NCBI RefSeq assembly: GCF_021028975.2
Contig: NC_059429.1
Span: 109,182,001 to 109,246,000, forward strand
Direction of reading: 5' to 3'
Origin: Sphaerodactylus townsendi
Lineage: Eukaryota
DNA: 64,000 nt
Below the pieces are notes generated by a model. It ran no database searches, was not told the DNA's origin, and saw only the letters and a list, made by a program, of their open reading frames with translations. Of the stretch, positions 12,420-23,570 are shown piece after piece. Position 1 is the first letter of the stretch; the number at the start of each line of letters is the position of its first letter. The position numbers were made by a program, and so were the translations under genes.

Positions 12420-14426
12420 ACGTCTCTCCTTGCAATTAATTTGACACATTACTATTCCTCTAAATCAGATGGGGAGCATAATTGGCCCTGGCCAAAGATT
12501 TGCCTGAACTTGTAGTCCTGGCCTACGATGGGATGTTTTTTTAAGCTTGCCACTAAACTTGCCCATCCCTAACTATCCACCCATGGGACTGAATCTCTCC
12601 ACCAGCAGAAGTTGCTTTCCAAAGATATGTTGAGAACTGCAACTTCAGTAATCCTTTTATGCCAGTAAACTGAGTAATAGCTACTGCCAGTCAGCCATCA
12701 AACCTCTCAAGAGTACACGAAGCCCACACGTTCATGAAAGAGCTAGATTAGTTTTCCAATGTAATTATGGCACAGCCTCTACATGTACATCTTAATGGAG
12801 ACTCTAGGCATAAAATAATGATAACTGCACTGTATATGTGTATATGAAAACAAACTTGCATGTAAGAAAATCCTGGAAAGCACAGCCTAACACGAATTTC
12901 TCCCACACCAGCTCTATTGCGGTGAACAGGGCTGCTCAAGTGCTTGGGAGGCTTTGTCTTGTTTCTCTGGCTCATGACAATGGGAACTGGCCTTCACGTT
13001 GCTGGGAGAACGGTGCCTCGAGTCGCTTACCTGCCCATGTTCTCTGAAAGCATCACTTGCCCCCTTAAGCTACCAACCTGGGGCACACGCCTACTCAGTA
13101 TCAGCCACCCTTGGATTCAGGCCTCATCCTTGCTTTGATCTACGTAGCTTTCAAGACTTATCAGCAATCCCAAGACAGGCCGTTCTGCACAAGCGCGGAA
13201 CACACAGCATTGGATAATAGACTGAATTGCCATGATGCTTAAGAACGTGGAAGGCTTTTGAGTGGTCAGAACTAGATAGAATGGACAACAAGAAGTCTGC
13301 CAGCTTATTAGCAGAAGAGTTGCCATAAAAGGCATAAATATATGAAGCTGCCTTGTCAAGACCAGCGCGGTGCCATCCACTCTGACAGGAAGTGGCTCTC
13401 CACGCTTTTCCAAGCAACTGCTATTCAATATCCTTTAACAGGAGATGACGGGGTTTCTTGGGACTTTCAGAGGAATGCTCAACACAAGTGCAATACAAAG
13501 CTGGGACCTGATACTACACAGAGAAGATTCTCAAGGCCGAAGCCAAAGCACATGTTGCCTACCAAACAAAACAGCTAATTAATTAGTGCTACCAATCTCC
13601 TGCATTTAAATAAATATTTCCTTGCTGCTAAAAGTAAAATCCTGGCATTTTAAATTACAGATTCCATACAACATTAAGTCAATGAAATGAAACCCTTTCA
13701 AAACAACAAGCAGCCAACATGCAGGCCTCTCTCTACTGATACTAGAATCCATCTGTGAAGGTTCTGCACCTCAACATAGCTTAAACTTGCCAGCAATTTA
13801 TTCCAGCTAATCAATGGCTAGGATGAAGCCAACACAGGAAAAAGTAAAGTAGGAGATCTAAGCAGCTTTGACCCGTACATGGAGGTTTTCGTAAGTAAAA
13901 TCTGGCATTTTGCCAATCAGATGACTTTATAATCACAATTGTTTCCAAGCCTGCAGGGTTTTTTTTAGTAACCTTCTTAGTGAGAAGAATTTTTTTAAAA
14001 AAAGAATTTTGGGTTAAGATTTACCACAAAAAAAATTTTTTAGACTTGATTAACAGGTGCATCTTATTTGCTAGGATAATGTCACATTATTTCACATGAA
14101 GGACAAAATAATACCTGATGCCATCTTTGGGTGGGTGTGTCCCGCACCCAAGGTTTCTTCCATGATGCTCAACAAAAAATGGTTCTAAAGATCCAAACTC
14201 TATTGTCTTTATGTACTGCTTGGTACACTGTTCATCACCCACAAATATACTCGATTTCCAGAGCTAGAGACCCAAATGTTAGAATATATGCAATGATCCA
14301 GCTTTCAGAGAACAAGCACTAAAAATCTAAAATACGTTGTGTCAATGATAGTTCTGTGTATATGAAAGGAGAATGTTTAACACAATGCCCAAGATTGATG
14401 ATACTTCTGAAGGCCAGCTGATAATT

Positions 14427-14440
14427 TTAAAACGTTGATT
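14427..14440 (-). CDS. ZHX3: Probable ZHX3 terminal coding exon (E)STF*
   Basis: Acceptor ...cttcatatccatcag|AA TCA ACG TTT TAA completes the phase-1 codon G|AA, giving ...CLESTF* (927 aa); parallels the short last exon recalled for human ZHX3 (...LETD*). Confidence 0.55.
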
Positions 14441-15323
14441 CTGATGGATATGAAGTTCGAAAAGGGGGGCAGGGAGGGGCAGTGGAAAACAAACTAGAAG
14501 GTCCTATGCCACAGGGGAGAGAAAAGGATTTTGCAGATGCTGTGCTAGGCTCTGCTCCTATGCTAGATTCCAAAGCGCCCCCCCCCCCAACCAGCCCCAC
14601 AGCTTTGCGAAAACCCGATCTTGGCATCATGGCAGTATTTCCACAGGTCCTTCTACAAAGATTCCAACCAGCCCCACAGCTGCTGAGTCTTCACAAGTTT
14701 AACACCAAATCCTTCAAGGGGAGGCAGCACCGGTTCTGTCCGTTTCTGCAAAACAAAAACCACACAAACTCATATGCATCGCAGTGTAGTTTATAACACC
14801 TGGAAAATCAGCAGGCAGAGAGGCTAAGAAAGCTGAATAAGCAAAGTCACTGTGACCTCAAAATGGGGTTTAAAATGTCTGCCGGCTGCTATAGGGAACT
14901 GATTACAATCTGCAGGGGGCATGGGGGTTTTGAGCCCCAGGTACCACTTCTGGGGGGTACATTTTGTGGTTGAGCCCTGCCCCCCCAACTTCACCCCGTT
15001 GGGAACTCCCCATTCGGGAGCACAGTTGAAGACTGTGAGGTTCACTCTATTTGCAATCTCCATGTGGAGACTGTGAATGGGGCAAGCTGGGCTCACTCGC
15101 CTCCATCTCCATGCGGAGGTCAAGTGTGATGCACCTGATTTCCACATGGAGAAGAGAGAAGCAAGGGCCGGGTTGAGCCCAGCTGAGGCCAGGCTTGGAC
15201 CCAGATGTAAGCTGCAGCCAGTGGCTCTCAATCTCCCTAGCTTTATACTGTTGGCTTTGCCCCAAAGCTCCACCTGACCAGAGGTGGAGCTTGGAGGGCA
15301 GAGCCAACAGCATAAAGCTAGAG

Positions 15324-15626
15324 CAGGGGTCGGGAACCTTTTCCCCTCAAAGAGCCATTTGGCTCACCCTCCCCCGCTCATGCCCACTTCGCCGCTCCTC
15401 GCCGCCTCTCCTGCCTACAATAGCGCCATGCCTAGCAGCTCCGGGCTCACACAGCCCGCCTGCAGGGCAGGCGTAGATGGAGGCAAAGCCCGCGGCACGG
15501 CCTGGCCGGCCGCGAGCGAGGGATGCGCCCGCCCTGCTGCTTGCAGGGCGGGTGAAGATGGGCCCCGCGGCTCGGCTCATGGAGCCGCAGAACAGCGGCG
15601 GAAGAGCCGCGGGTTCCCGACCCCTG
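15324..15626. mobile_element. Non-autonomous hAT transposon, CpG-rich
   Basis: TIRs caggggtcgggaacc / ggttcccgacccctg; perfect 8-bp TSD agctagag. Confidence 0.92.
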
Positions 15627-16271
15627 AGCTAGAGGCTCCAAAGCAACGATGATTGGACTGAAGCAATCATGGACTGAAGCAATCATGGAGATTGAGAACA
15701 GGGGTGAGCCCCACTCAATGGCCTGCAGCTGGGTGGGGGGCAATGTCCAGGCTTGCCCTGTGTGCGATTTTAGGTAGATACACTCCTGGTGCCAATCAAC
15801 GCTCTATGAGGAGGGAGGAGAGGAGAGATAAACCACATCTAACTCACAATGCCTCTCTCTCTGCAGCTGCCATTACTATTTTCAAAATAGTAGGAAGACC
15901 CAATTACAGATCTTCCAATGATGAGGCTGTTCTCATCCTTAGATTACTAGCAAAGCATGTGGGTTTATGCCCAACACATTTTACAGAACAGAACTTAGAA
16001 AGAGGCACATAGTGAAGGACTGGGTGAAGAGCCAATATGAGCAGTCAGCAAGGTGGAGCAGATGCTGACTCTGGAGACCTTCCCAGAGGCCCACTCTGAG
16101 GCATAAACTTCATGTTCCTGCTGTGAAGCAACTGTACTGCTTTTATAAAGAAAAAGTCCAGTGGCACCCTGAAGACTAACAACTGCTATTTGCCATTGCA
16201 AGCTGCAGTAAAGGGCAGAGATTCAGGTTTCAGACTGCTGCAGACTAGGGAAATAAAACAAAGATCTAGAG

Positions 16272-16374
16272 CACAGGTGTCAAACTCACGGTCCTCCAGA
16301 TGTTAAGGACTACAGTTCCCATCATGGGAATTGTAGTCCATAACATCTGGAGGGCCGCGAGTTTGGCACCTATG
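16272..16374. mobile_element. Palindromic hAT-type MITE
   Basis: Inverted repeat with ctccagatgtt..ggactaca core; perfect TSD atctagag. Confidence 0.9.
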
Positions 16375-17331
16375 ATCTAGAGGCACCTTAAAGACTAATG
16401 ACATTTAATTCAGACAGGTAGATAATGTGATGAAAAACCATACTAGGAAATTTTTATGGCGTAGTTTGGACGTGGGGTTCAAAGTTTGCAAATGCAAGCC
16501 TTGAATGGCCTTGGGCCCCTGCGGGAGTGCCTCTCCCACTGTGCTCTGGTGCAACAATTCGCTCATCTGAGCAAAGACTTTCAAAAGCGCTGCAAATGAG
16601 CAAAATCAACAGCTGCCCTTATATTTGCAGTTTGGTGTTGGCTCCAACCTTATGCAGTGGCTCTGCCCAAGGAGATCAGGAAGGCTTCCCCACCTCCACC
16701 ATTCTGCAGAATGTGCAAAACTCAAATGTTCAACACGAAACATTTAGAAAAGAGATTTGTACTGTAGTAGAATACGCAGCCCAAGAGGGCACCATTATAA
16801 CAGAACGGTCCACTGCGGTGACTACTGTAAGTATCACCTGATTTTACTGCATGATCTTTGCCCTGTAATTCACTTTCTGAATTATTTATAGTTTGCCTGC
16901 CTTAGATAGTTTGAGGCTCCAAAGCAGCCAGCTTTCTGGGCGGCAAAAATATTTCAATATATGGTTTTACTTTCTTACATGAAAGACATGAAAATTTGGG
17001 AGATAATTTCACACCACATGGAACATGCCAAAATTAGGGTACCATTGTACTCTAATCTTGTAATCCAAGTCAAACTGCATTGTTCGTCAATTGTGTTATA
17101 CTGCCTGGCTGCAGACAAAGTAAATAAATAGTAATAGATCTCAGCATAAGAGGAAAAGGAAGGAACTAATAAAGAAAAGGTAGACGCGAGTCCTCTCAAG
17201 CACAACAGCAAGTGGTAATAAAACTATCAAAGTCCATCGCAACAATTTGCACCAAGCCTTGAATCCTCCCTCTCCCTTTCTCATAAAATTTCCTAGCACA
17301 ATTTCCTTTCATGTAGCTACAGGGATGCAAG

Positions 17332-17470
17332 CAGTGGTGGGAAGTTCAGCAGGTTTGCACCACTTCGGCAGAACCGGTGGTTAATTTAAAATCCTCTTGT
17401 ATACAACCAATTGTTAAATTATTTAAATCCCACCACCGGAACCGGTCGTTAAATAATTTGAATTCTACTG
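17332..17470. mobile_element. Non-autonomous hAT element
   Basis: cagtggtggga start, ...aattctactg end; perfect 8-bp TSD gatgcaag. Confidence 0.82.
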
Positions 17471-17671
17471 GATGCAAGGCTCTGCTGTTGTTACAAATGG
17501 GAAATGGTAGTATAAAGATTATACAGATATTTAGGATGAAGATTAGCAGCCAACTTTATCATAGAAACAAGGGAAATATCTCAGTTGCAAATCCTTAAGC
17601 ATCTAAAGCGTTGAATTGGAATGGGAGTGATGAGGAAACAAAAAGTGCTTTTTAAAGAGTGTCTTGGATTG

Positions 17672-18049
17672 GGGTGCTGTGTAGTTTCCGGGCTGTATGG
17701 CCGTGTTCTGGCAGCATTCTCTCCTGACGTTTCAAAGGGAACAAAGGCCAGACTACTTCTATTCAGATGCCTCACCTATGGACCTTGCTATCTCCATTGT
17801 TACTCACATGCTACGCTTCATTGTTACTCAGTTGCCAGGCCACTCCAATTCAGATGCCCTCACCTATTGACCTTTACTCACAGGTATATATACTCCACTT
17901 GCTTTCCTTTCCAACTATCAGATCCTCTGAAGATGCCAGCCACAGATGCAGGCGAAACGTCAGGAGAGAATGCTGTTAGAACACGACCATACAGCCCGGA
18001 AACCACACAGCACCCCAGTGATTCCGGCCATGAAAGTCTTCGACAATAC
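17672..18049 (+). mobile_element. Penelope-like element 3' end with short inverted pLTR copy
   Basis: 17672-17732 is the reverse complement of about 17955-18016; 14-bp TSD agtgtcttggattg; matches the GIY-YIG-linked copy at 50734. Confidence 0.88.
17923..17965 (+). ncRNA. Minimal type-I hammerhead ribozyme motif (PLE-associated)
   Basis: tcct-CTGAAGA-tgcc..ggc-GAAAC-GTC-agga: core, helix I tcct/agga, palindromic helix III acgt. Confidence 0.75.
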
Positions 18050-18505
18050 AGTGTCTTGGATTGTTTTTGTGGAATTTTAAATATACTGCGCTTGAGAAAC
18101 TGGGGGACTCCACCTGAGTCAGGAAACAACATGAGCTTTTTTTGATGTTAACTGCACCTTGTAGTAATAAGGTAAGTCACTTTTCCACTGAAAGTCGAGC
18201 GCTTGCACTATGGCTGCACCCACAGGGTCATTATTTTCTGTGATGCTTTCATGCAACCAAGAAAGCAAAATTTTGCATGATGGGAAGACGTATATACTAC
18301 CCCACACAAACAAAATTAATCTCTGAAGAGATTTTGGTTGTTGTTGGGGGGGGGGGGAGTTGTTCATTTTGTCTTGTTTGCTTCTGCTGTCGTTAAATTA
18401 ATATTTGGGTGCTGGAAAATTGCCTACTTAAAGACTTAAAGACTGGAAAGTTGCCTACTTAAAGAGTCACACTAGCAGAAACAATGTTGTTATCAAAATC
18501 CTTAC

Positions 18506-21275
18506 CCAAACATCCTGTGGGCGGAGCACCATCGACTAGCTCTGAGCTGCCTTCTTGACCTCCAGGCTCCCAGGATTCACTGTTCTCAGAAGCCTCAGAA
18601 AAGGCATCCGACGCACCTTTGTGACTGGCGGCTGTCTCGCCAATGCTTGAGCACTGGTCCTCGCTGCCAGTGTCTGATATTGGCCTGCTTTCTTCTTCCA
18701 GCCTTTCAGCAAACCAAATCCTGACCTGCCCAGGCGTCATCTGAGTTCTCTCAACCAAACTGGGGAGATCATCTTCGTAGAGCATCTTGTTCTTTTGAAA
18801 GTATTCCTGGAGGATCTCCATTTTGGGATCGCCAAAGCCAGCCAGGCCTTTGGGAAAGATGCCTTGCTTGTAGTTCTTGTACCATCTCAAATTTCCATTT
18901 TTTAAACCATAGCGGCTATCCCCAAACCAGCGAATTACTTCAGCCCTGGGAAGACCCGACTCCAGACACAGTTTGTCGTATTGCTCGTTTGTAGGCCGCT
19001 GGGTCTGCACAAAGAGCTGTTTAAGCAAATGCCTTTGCTGGGCTGTTTTTTTACTTGTTAGTTTGGGTTTCTGGGGTGCAGCTGACTTGCCAGGAGAACT
19101 CTCGCTCTGATCATCCACAATCAAGCCAGACAACTCGCTTTTGCCATTCGACTCGGTGACTTTGAGATTCTTCAAGTTGATTTTTATGGGGGTCACTTTG
19201 CGTTCGCCCGCGGTTTGAGTGCTATTGGCTGCATCCGACAAGCCATTTTCATTTGAAGCTCTCAAGTCGTCTGAGGAGTCTTCTTCCCCAGAGTCACCTT
19301 CAGCATCTTCCTCTCCTGGCTGGGCGGTTTCTTTGACAGCCTGTCTTTTCCTTTGCTCTGAAAACCAGCTGTCGATTTCTCTCCTTGTCATTTTAGTTTC
19401 ACTCCTCAAACGGTCCACTTCTGCCTCTGAGGGGAAAGGATCCTGTGCGAAGCTGCCTTTCAATACTTTCAGCTGCTCAGGAGCCCTCTCCTTATATTTG
19501 ATAGCAGAGAAATCAGGAGTCTGATGCCAGGACTGCCGACGGACCGGGGTATGTGTTGTAGGCATTGCTGCTGCTGCGGAGGGTAATTCCGAGGCTGTTT
19601 TGGGAGAAGAGGTGAATGTAATTTCAGGCACAGAGTCTATGATTATTGTATTATCTCCAGCATATACAGCTCTGCCGCCTTTTACATTTCTACAATGGTA
19701 CCTCCTATCACTAAACCATTTTCGAACCTCCCTTATGTTAAGTCCCGTGATTTTTGTCAGCCGCTCGACTTCAACTTGGCCAGGGAACTGATTCCGGCAG
19801 AAACTAGTCTTTAGTGCAGATAGCTGTTCAAAAGACTTCTTGTTTTTGTATATGTTAGGATCTAGGAACTCTTGGGCAGATATGCTCGGGCAAGCAGTGG
19901 GCTGCGTCTGAGAGGTACTGACCACTTTCACAGCCGATGCAGAACTAGAAACTGACACAGTGGATGGCTGTTTAGCTACCTGGGTCTTTGGAATGGAGGT
20001 TACTGCTATTGGGAGTGATGAGGCTGAACTCTGAAATCCGTTTGTTATTATGGGTTGGCTAACCAGCACACCACCGGCTCCTTCAGGTTTGCTGACAGAA
20101 TGGCCAGGCAAACTAGCCTGAATGAGATGCTGAACACTATTAGGGGTTGCAACCAGAGGCGTATTCAACACTGTGATGGTGGACTGGGGCACAGACTGAA
20201 TGACGGTGTTGAACATTTTTTTCCGTGCATCTTCAATCTCCTCAGGTGACCAACTGATACCCTGTTTCAACCTCTGGGCTGTGAACCAGATCTTCAGCTG
20301 CTCTTCTGGGTACTTGGTCACAACTGTCAAGTAGCAAAGCTCAGCTTTGGTAGGGTAAGGGAACTTATGGAAACAGTTTTTCAGAAAACTGTTGGAGTCC
20401 ATTGTGGCATTGTATGTTGGAATACTACTCAAGGGAATCATTACTTTGGGAAGAGATTTCGATGTGGGCAGTTGCTGCTGAACTTGTGGTTGCTGCTGCA
20501 AGTGTACAAGTTGGGTGATGCCTGCCTGCAAAATAGGCACTTTCCCTAAAATTGAGCCGTTGACAACCGGAGTTGGTTTGACTGCATTTGACTGAACCGA
20601 CGGTGCAGGTCCATTGGCGAATGGCTGTTCGCTACCTTTCTTCTCCGAATCACTGACCGGTTGACTCGACGAATTTTCTTTCAACGTGTGGATTTTTTTC
20701 ACTTCGGGTTTTGCTTTCCTTATTTTCATAATGGGCGTTTTGGTAATGATAATTTCAGCTTGGCTGTCTTGCCCTTCTCCTGGAAGATCCCCTGAAACAA
20801 CTTGGGTGGTGGAAGTGGTATCCTCAACAGTCTGCTCCACAACCACGCGGCTGCCTTGTTTTGTGACGTTGCAGATGAAGCTGGTTTCCCCAGCATGGCT
20901 CTCTGCATTGTGACCAGAAAGCTCTTTGTGGCTCTTTACCAGGAGACTGCACTGCACACAGACAAAGGAGGGGTCTTTGCTAAAGTCTTTGTGCTCAGAA
21001 TCCAAGTGCCCAAGAAACCGACTAACATCTTGACAGCCAAAATCACAGTACCTACACCTGTACGTATCACCATCCACAATTCCTTTGTGTCCATTGGACA
21101 GCGTCCCACCGTTGTGATTACTGCTAACAGTTTCAGCAACAGGTGCAGCAGCAGGAGTTGCAGGTAGCTGAAGCCCTTCAGGATCAACTCCAACAGAGGC
21201 TGACTGAGACTCCTGCAGTGCCAGTGTTTTTGTCGGTATCATACAGGGGGTCGTGGACTTCCTTTTGCTGGCCAT
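18506..21275 (-). CDS. ZHX3: Zinc fingers and homeoboxes protein 3, main coding exon
   Basis: MASKRKSTTPCMIP start; two C2H2 fingers (YRCRYC..H..H, FVCVQC..H..H); five homeodomains (e.g. FHKFPYPTKAELCYLTVVTKYPEEQLKIWF); donor G|gtaagg at 18506/18505; synteny with PLCG1. Confidence 0.97.
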
Positions 21276-21426
21276 TATTGCAACTCGTAGAGATAATTGA
21301 AACTTACAAGTAAACCATTACTTTTTGAGAATGCTTTGTAGATGGAATTCCAGAAATTCCATGATGCCAGGAAACATGGGTGTCAAGTGTTGTGATAGCC
21401 ATTCAAGTTTGCCATTGAATTGGAAT
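21276..21426 (-). other. ZHX3: 5'UTR part of the ZHX3 main exon
   Basis: Strong acceptor ctcttcctttctttccacag| 151 nt upstream of the ATG. Confidence 0.8.
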
Positions 21427-21628
21427 CTGTGGAAAGAAAGGAAGAGCATGTTACATTACAGAGTTACACCAACTACCAGCCTCAGCACTATGCACATTTC
21501 AATATTCAGTAATGTTTTGCATATCAATTGTGCAACTGATTCATAAGAGGTAAGATCAGATCAGTTCAGTTCACTAGAAAGTTTGAAAAAGTGTTTTTTG
21601 TACATTCCGCCAACAAATCTGTTTAATG

Positions 21629-21728
21629 CAGGGGTCTGCAACCTGCGGCTCTCCAGATATTCATGGACTACAAATGATGGGAATTGTAGTCCATGAACAT
21701 CTGGAGAGCCGCAGGTTGCAGACCCCTG
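21629..21728. mobile_element. Palindromic hAT-type MITE
   Basis: TIR caggggtctgcaacctgcggctctccagat; TSD gtttaatg/gtttaacg. Confidence 0.9.
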
Positions 21729-21917
21729 GTTTAACGGAATTCAGGAGAGAGTTGGTGACGTAACTGTTATGCTGGAGCAAATCCAAGCCAAATATACAAG
21801 AAACCTTTGAAGAAGCCAGATCAGCATCGCCGTAGGGGAATTTTGTTGGCGATTTTGTTGGCTCAAACTGCAAGGATATGACAAGCTATCTGATTTTAAC
21901 CAAAGAGCATTCTTTTT

Positions 21918-22190
21918 TCTTTACTGTCAAGTCACAGCTGACTTATGGTGATCCCATAGGGTTTTCAAGGCAAGAGATGTTAATAGGTGGTTTGCCTTTA
22001 TCTGCCCCTGGCATTCCTTTGAGGTCTCCCATCCAAATACCTGCCAGGGTTGAGGTTGGGAGTGAGTGACTGGCTGAAGTTCCTATACGTTTCTGTTCTG
22101 GTCTTTGACTGTAATAAATAATACTATGGCTCAAGTTCCCCCAACAAGCTTCCATGGCAAAGTGGGAATTCAAACCCGGGTTTCCCTGTA
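21918..22190 (-). mobile_element. Chimeric tRNA/5S/Bov-B-tail SINE
   Basis: gaggtctcccatccaaatac (5S box C region on -), Sauria/Bov-B-like tail, B-box ttcaaaccc. Confidence 0.7.
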
Positions 22191-22811
22191 CTGAATTTAC
22201 CATTTGATTCAACCTCACTGAAGCATTTTGAGATCCCACGGAAGCAGGGTCTAAATGATTAAAAGTAACGTTGATCAAAAATAGTAACAAGTATCAAACA
22301 CAGGACTAAGGAAATAGCTCAGTTTTAATACAGTTAAAAAAAACTACAAGGTACCATTTAATTAGGGATATTATAACGTGATTCCCAGAAAAAGTTAATA
22401 TTTGCCTGGCTTGCTCTCAGTGTCAGGTTAGCTTGAATTTTAGCACAATGACAACATACCAGGCAAAATGCAATCAAAGGGACTGTTTGTACATCTCTCC
22501 TCCCCCGCCCCCCGCCCCCCCTGAACAGTTACATAAACTCCTGCAAAAGCCTGGCTCAGACTTGTATTTGCAACTTGAGTTGTGTACTGAGTAGACCAAT
22601 CTTAACAGGATGTTTTTGATTACAAGACAGACAGAGAACTTGTACCTGCAGAGTTACAAAGGAACCATGGCTAAGAGCGACATTTCTCGTTTAACATCAG
22701 AACAGGCGAAGTCTATTTTTACAGTGTGGATCTGGTTCATGTAAGAGTCTGAACCATTTGCACTTTAACCCTTCTACATCTTTAAAAAAAGTCAGAAAGA
22801 AACATGCAGAT

Positions 22812-23076
22812 GTATTGTCAAAGGCTTTCACCAACGGAATCACAAGGATGTTGTGGGTTTTCTAGGTTGTATGGCCGTGTTCCAGTAGCATTTTCTCCTG
22901 ACATTTCACCTGCATCTGTGGCTGGCATCTTCAGAGGATCTGTAGGCAATAAAGCAAATGGAGTAGCTTTACTGCCAACAGACCCTCTGAAGAGGCCAGC
23001 CACAGATGCAGGCAAAACATCAGGAGAAAATGCTACTGGAACATGGCCATACAACCCGGAAAACCCACAACATCCC
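22812..23076. mobile_element. Fold-back Penelope-like pLTR insertion
   Basis: Two opposed pLTR copies with arms of about 110 bp; flanking 12-bp direct repeat aaacatgcagat. Confidence 0.88.
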
Positions 23077-23484
23077 AAACATGCAGATATTTTCTTCCTC
23101 CAACCTGTACCACTTCATACTAGGTATAGTCTTCTGCACTGAGGGGGTCACAATTATCCTCTAGTATTTCCAACCCCTTCCCATCTTTTTTCTTCTTTAC
23201 CTTGAGGATTTTAAATCCCAATTAATGTGGAGGAAAGCAAAATGATACACTCTAGATGCAACATAATGACAATTCTCACTTAACCCCATAATAACTACCT
23301 TATATAAATTCAGGAGATGTTGATTTTTTGTACTTTCCCCCTAATTTATACTCCAGGCAGGTGTTAAGTTGAAGCAAAACAAATGTTCAAATGGAAGAAA
23401 GCTCCACCTGTGCAAAAAAGAAGTCCTACAAAAACATTTCAAACATTTCCTGCAGAGGGTACAAGGGTCCACAAAAGAAGGTCA

Positions 23485-23545
23485 CACTTACCTGTAATTG
23501 TTGTTCATCGAGTGTCTTCTGTGTAGGCACACATGGGTCTGGCAC
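23485..23545. mobile_element. Short DIRS-like terminal repeat remnant
   Basis: acttacctgtaattgttgttcatcgagtgtcttctgtg..cacacatggg resembles reptile DIRS termini as recalled. Confidence 0.45.
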
Positions 23546-23570
23546 AGTGCTGAAGAAATGAAGATGAAAT

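Noticed and set aside
15324-15626. CpG-island promoter of a hidden gene
   Set aside because: The CpG richness is confined exactly to a TIR/TSD-bounded transposon
17621-18145. 174-aa ORF and similar ORFs at 22804-23142
   Set aside because: They are read through Penelope pLTR inverted repeats
18459-18505. ORF-track C-terminus of the 938-aa protein
   Set aside because: It runs past a consensus donor (G|gtaagg) and is most likely intronic in the main isoform
19219-21167. Several plus-strand ORFs of 60-121 aa opposite ZHX3
   Set aside because: Antisense shadows of the coding exon with no recognisable domains
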